Made by a program: the position numbers and the translations under genes. Below, one piece after another: positions 63,610 to 64,000 of a DNA stretch of 64,000 nucleotides (the first letter of the stretch is position 1; every line of letters begins with the position of its first letter). The notes under the pieces are model-generated. The model made no database searches. It saw nothing but the letters and a program-made list of their open reading frames with translations, and was not told where the DNA came from. The DNA lies in contig JBMOLW010000050.1 in NCBI GenBank assembly GCA_049323875.1, positions 9,643-73,642 on the forward strand. Direction: 5' to 3'. Source of the stretch: Nitrospirota bacterium. GTDB taxonomy: Bacteria; Nitrospirota; Thermodesulfovibrionia; Thermodesulfovibrionales; SM23-35.

Positions 63610-64000
63610 TTATTCCTTCAGCAGCAACTTCCGCACATCCCCTACCCTGAGGGTAATTTTGTTGGAGTCGAGGTATTCGAGAAAGGGGAGGGCGTATTTG
63701 CGCGTGGTGTTGAGGATATCCCTGAATTCAGCTACGGTCATCTCGGATTTCCTGCTGAAGAAGCTTTTCAGGTTTTCCATCATTTTCTTGTGTACGGTAC
63801 CGGTTATATAGATAGTATCAATAATTCTGACAAGGCTGCCTTCCTTTGCCATGATCTTCAGGATGTCTGTCAGATGTTTCTGGTCAATCTTCAGGGACTG
63901 GCCGAGTTCTTCCCGGGTCGGAGGCTGGAAACCGGCTTTGTCCAGGAGGTGCAGGATTCTGGTTTTCACGGTTTCGTCGACCTGGGACAGAGCAAGTTTA
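63610..64000 (-). CDS. selB: selenocysteine-specific elongation factor SelB, C-terminal winged-helix part (5' end outside window)
   Basis: The minus-strand frame is open to base 64000 (KLALSQVDETVKTRILHLL...). Repeated winged-helix modules end in AEFRDILNTTRKYALPFLEYLDSNKITLRVGDVR, as in the SelB mRNA-binding domain. Confidence 0.8.
   Translation of the reverse strand, partial: KLALSQVDETVKTRILHLLDKAGFQPPTREELGQSLKIDQKHLTDILKIMAKEGSLVRIIDTIYITGTVHKKMMENLKSFFSRKSEMTVAEFRDILNTTRKYALPFLEYLDSNKITLRVGDVRKLLLKE

Overview
This is an origin-proximal, mostly housekeeping chromosomal segment of a bacterium with roughly 48% GC by eye. Gene content (selB, CCG-type Fe-S protein, several radical SAM enzymes, geranylgeranyl-reductase-like gene) hints at an anaerobe, but taxonomy cannot be established from this window. 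I support about 60 protein genes and one tRNA-Phe(GAA). I saw no rRNA, CRISPR array, transposase or integrase. Landmarks from left to right are: a murC-like/uvrD-like/membrane-protein operon, a VapBC-type toxin-antitoxin pair (the only clearly accessory module), yajC-secD-secF, recJ, rel, trxB, parA-parB, birA-coaX, a c-di-GMP two-component module (REC-HD-GYP plus a 1129-aa hybrid kinase ending in a degenerate GGDEF), ogt, cutA, a radical-SAM/RNase G pair, tal, gyrB-dnaN-dnaA on the minus strand, a 314-bp candidate oriC, prfB with its +1 frameshift, lnt, an mltD-like gene, prmA, purA, serA, htrA, yacL, ispD, ispF, and the 3' part of selB at the right edge. I did not find a convincing new multi-gene system such as a defence island. 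The most unusual observations are: (1) a perfect 69-nt four-helix junction between ispD and ispF; (2) the c-di-GMP circuit, whose kinase carries an inactive-looking GGDEF with an intact I-site and a Rossmann-like input domain; (3) a recurring promoter-abutting-start-codon (leaderless-like) architecture at several genes; (4) a 20-bp perfect palindrome just upstream of dnaA. All calls come from reading motifs in the supplied translations and sequence. No database search was run.
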